Shown here in pieces: positions 62,992 through 64,000 of a stretch of DNA of 64,000 bases. The position numbers and the translations under genes are program-made. Position 1 is the stretch's first letter. Every line of letters begins with the position of its first letter. The notes beneath the pieces are model-generated. The model worked only from the letters and a program-made list of their open reading frames with translations. It searched no databases and was not told where the DNA came from. This stretch comes from an uncultured Clostridiaceae bacterium. Lineage in GTDB: Bacteria > Bacillota > Clostridia > Ch29. The stretch spans positions 10,994 to 74,993 of the forward strand of contig CAZDSH010000002.1 of assembly GCA_964508195.1 (NCBI GenBank). The letters run 5' to 3'.

Positions 62992-63495
62992 ATGCTTTGT
63001 GATAGATGCGGCAAAAACCCCGCCGTGGTTCATAGAATTACTACTATAAACGGTAGAAAAAAGGAATTACATCTTTGTAAGGAATGTGCAATGAAGGAAA
63101 AGGAGATGATCATGGGCGATCCCTTTTCCATTAACGCCTTGCTTTCATCGCTTTTGGATATGGGCGGCGAAGCCCCCGTCACCATCGAGGGGTTGGAAAG
63201 GGTAAAATGTGACCAATGCGGTATGGGTTTTAACGAATTTAAAAAAACGGGAAAACTAGGATGCGATATATGTTATGCGTCTTTTAATGAGAGGCTTTTA
63301 CCTTTACTTAAAAGGGTCCAGGGCAATACGCGCCATTCCGGTAAGATACCAAAGCGTATGGGCGGTTCCCTTAGGGTAAAGAAAGAAATAGAGGGTCTTC
63401 AAAAAGAGCTAGAAAGGGCCGTCAACGCTGAAGAATATGAAAGGGCTGTAGAGCTACGGGATAGGATTAAGGATTTAAAAAGGGATAGTAAATGA
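62992..63495 (+). CDS. mcsA: protein-arginine kinase activator McsA
   Basis: Two CxxC zinc-finger pairs (CDRCG...CKECA; CDQCG...CDICY) and UVR-like C-terminus (EEYERAVELRDRIKDLK). Confidence 0.9.
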   Translation: MLCDRCGKNPAVVHRITTINGRKKELHLCKECAMKEKEMIMGDPFSINALLSSLLDMGGEAPVTIEGLERVKCDQCGMGFNEFKKTGKLGCDICYASFNERLLPLLKRVQGNTRHSGKIPKRMGGSLRVKKEIEGLQKELERAVNAEEYERAVELRDRIKDLKRDSK

Positions 63496-63511
63496 GGGGA
63501 GGAATAAATAA

Positions 63512-64000
63512 TGGATTGGCTAAATGGTGACGGACCGGACAACGATATAGTTTTAAGTTCACGGGTTCGCCTTGCGCGGAATATAAAGGGCATACCCTTC
63601 CCCGATAGACTGGACGAACAGGGGGCAGCGGATGTAATCGAAAGGGTACGAAGGGCTATAGGGCGCAATTTAGTATTGACTAGGGATTTTGATCTCACTG
63701 TTCTTAAAGACATTTCTCCCCTAGAAGCAAGGGTGCTTGTAGAGAACCATTTAATAAGTCCCGCCCTCGTTGAGAAAAACGAACGTTCCGCGGTATTTAT
63801 AAAAAAGAACCATCAGGTAAGCATAATGATAAACGAAGAGGATCATATTCGTATGCAAGTGGTTTTACCCGGTTTACAGTTAGATGCCGGTTGGGATCTG
63901 GCAAGTAAAATAGACGATGTCCTCGAGGAGGATATAGATTATGCCTTCGATGAAGATATGGGTTACCTGACCGCCTGTCCTACGAACACCGGTACCGGTA
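63512..64000 (+). CDS. mcsB: protein arginine kinase McsB (partial, continues beyond window)
   Basis: N-terminus MDWLNGDGPDNDIVLSSRVRLARNIKGIPFP typical of McsB/ATP:guanido phosphotransferase. Confidence 0.88.

Overview
This window is the chromosomal replication-origin neighbourhood of a low-GC Gram-positive, spore-forming anaerobe of the Clostridia/Bacilli type. The core is the conserved oriC gene set rpmH-rnpA-yidD-yidC-jag-mnmE-mnmG-rsmG-noc-soj-spo0J on the minus strand, facing dnaA-dnaN-recF-remB-gyrB-gyrA on the plus strand. To the left lie rpsF-ssb-rpsR, rplI, a Lon-like protease, the replicative helicase, a dnaD-like/dnaI pair, and a WalR-WalK-YycH-YycI cell-wall two-component module with murA. 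Next to the WalRK module is a run of peptidase and cell-wall genes: a Peptidase_MA_2 protein, a CapA-like protein, a subtilisin (S8), an M23/LysM peptidase and an M1 peptidase. To the right of gyrA are a SpoIIAA/SpoIIAB/sigma-F-like partner-switching module, a Ca2+/Mn2+-type P-type ATPase, hisC, an EF-G paralog and the start of the ctsR-mcsA-mcsB stress operon. One tRNA-Lys(CUU) is present. There are no CRISPR arrays, transposases, integrases or obvious defence islands, so the region is housekeeping rather than accessory. The sequence features most worth a second look are: (i) a bipartite oriC with DnaA boxes upstream of dnaA, and DnaA-trio repeats next to an AT-rich unwinding element between dnaA and dnaN; (ii) a tight cluster of four tandem DnaA boxes next to the helicase gene; (iii) a perfect parS site at the 3' end of spo0J; (iv) a candidate yybP-ykoY (Mn2+) riboswitch-like leader ahead of the P-type ATPase; (v) a 38-bp perfect AT-rich palindrome in the rsmG-noc spacer; (vi) a secreted 159-aa gene inserted between walK and yycH; and (vii) an orphan strong intrinsic terminator that may mark a small RNA between dnaI and the tRNA.
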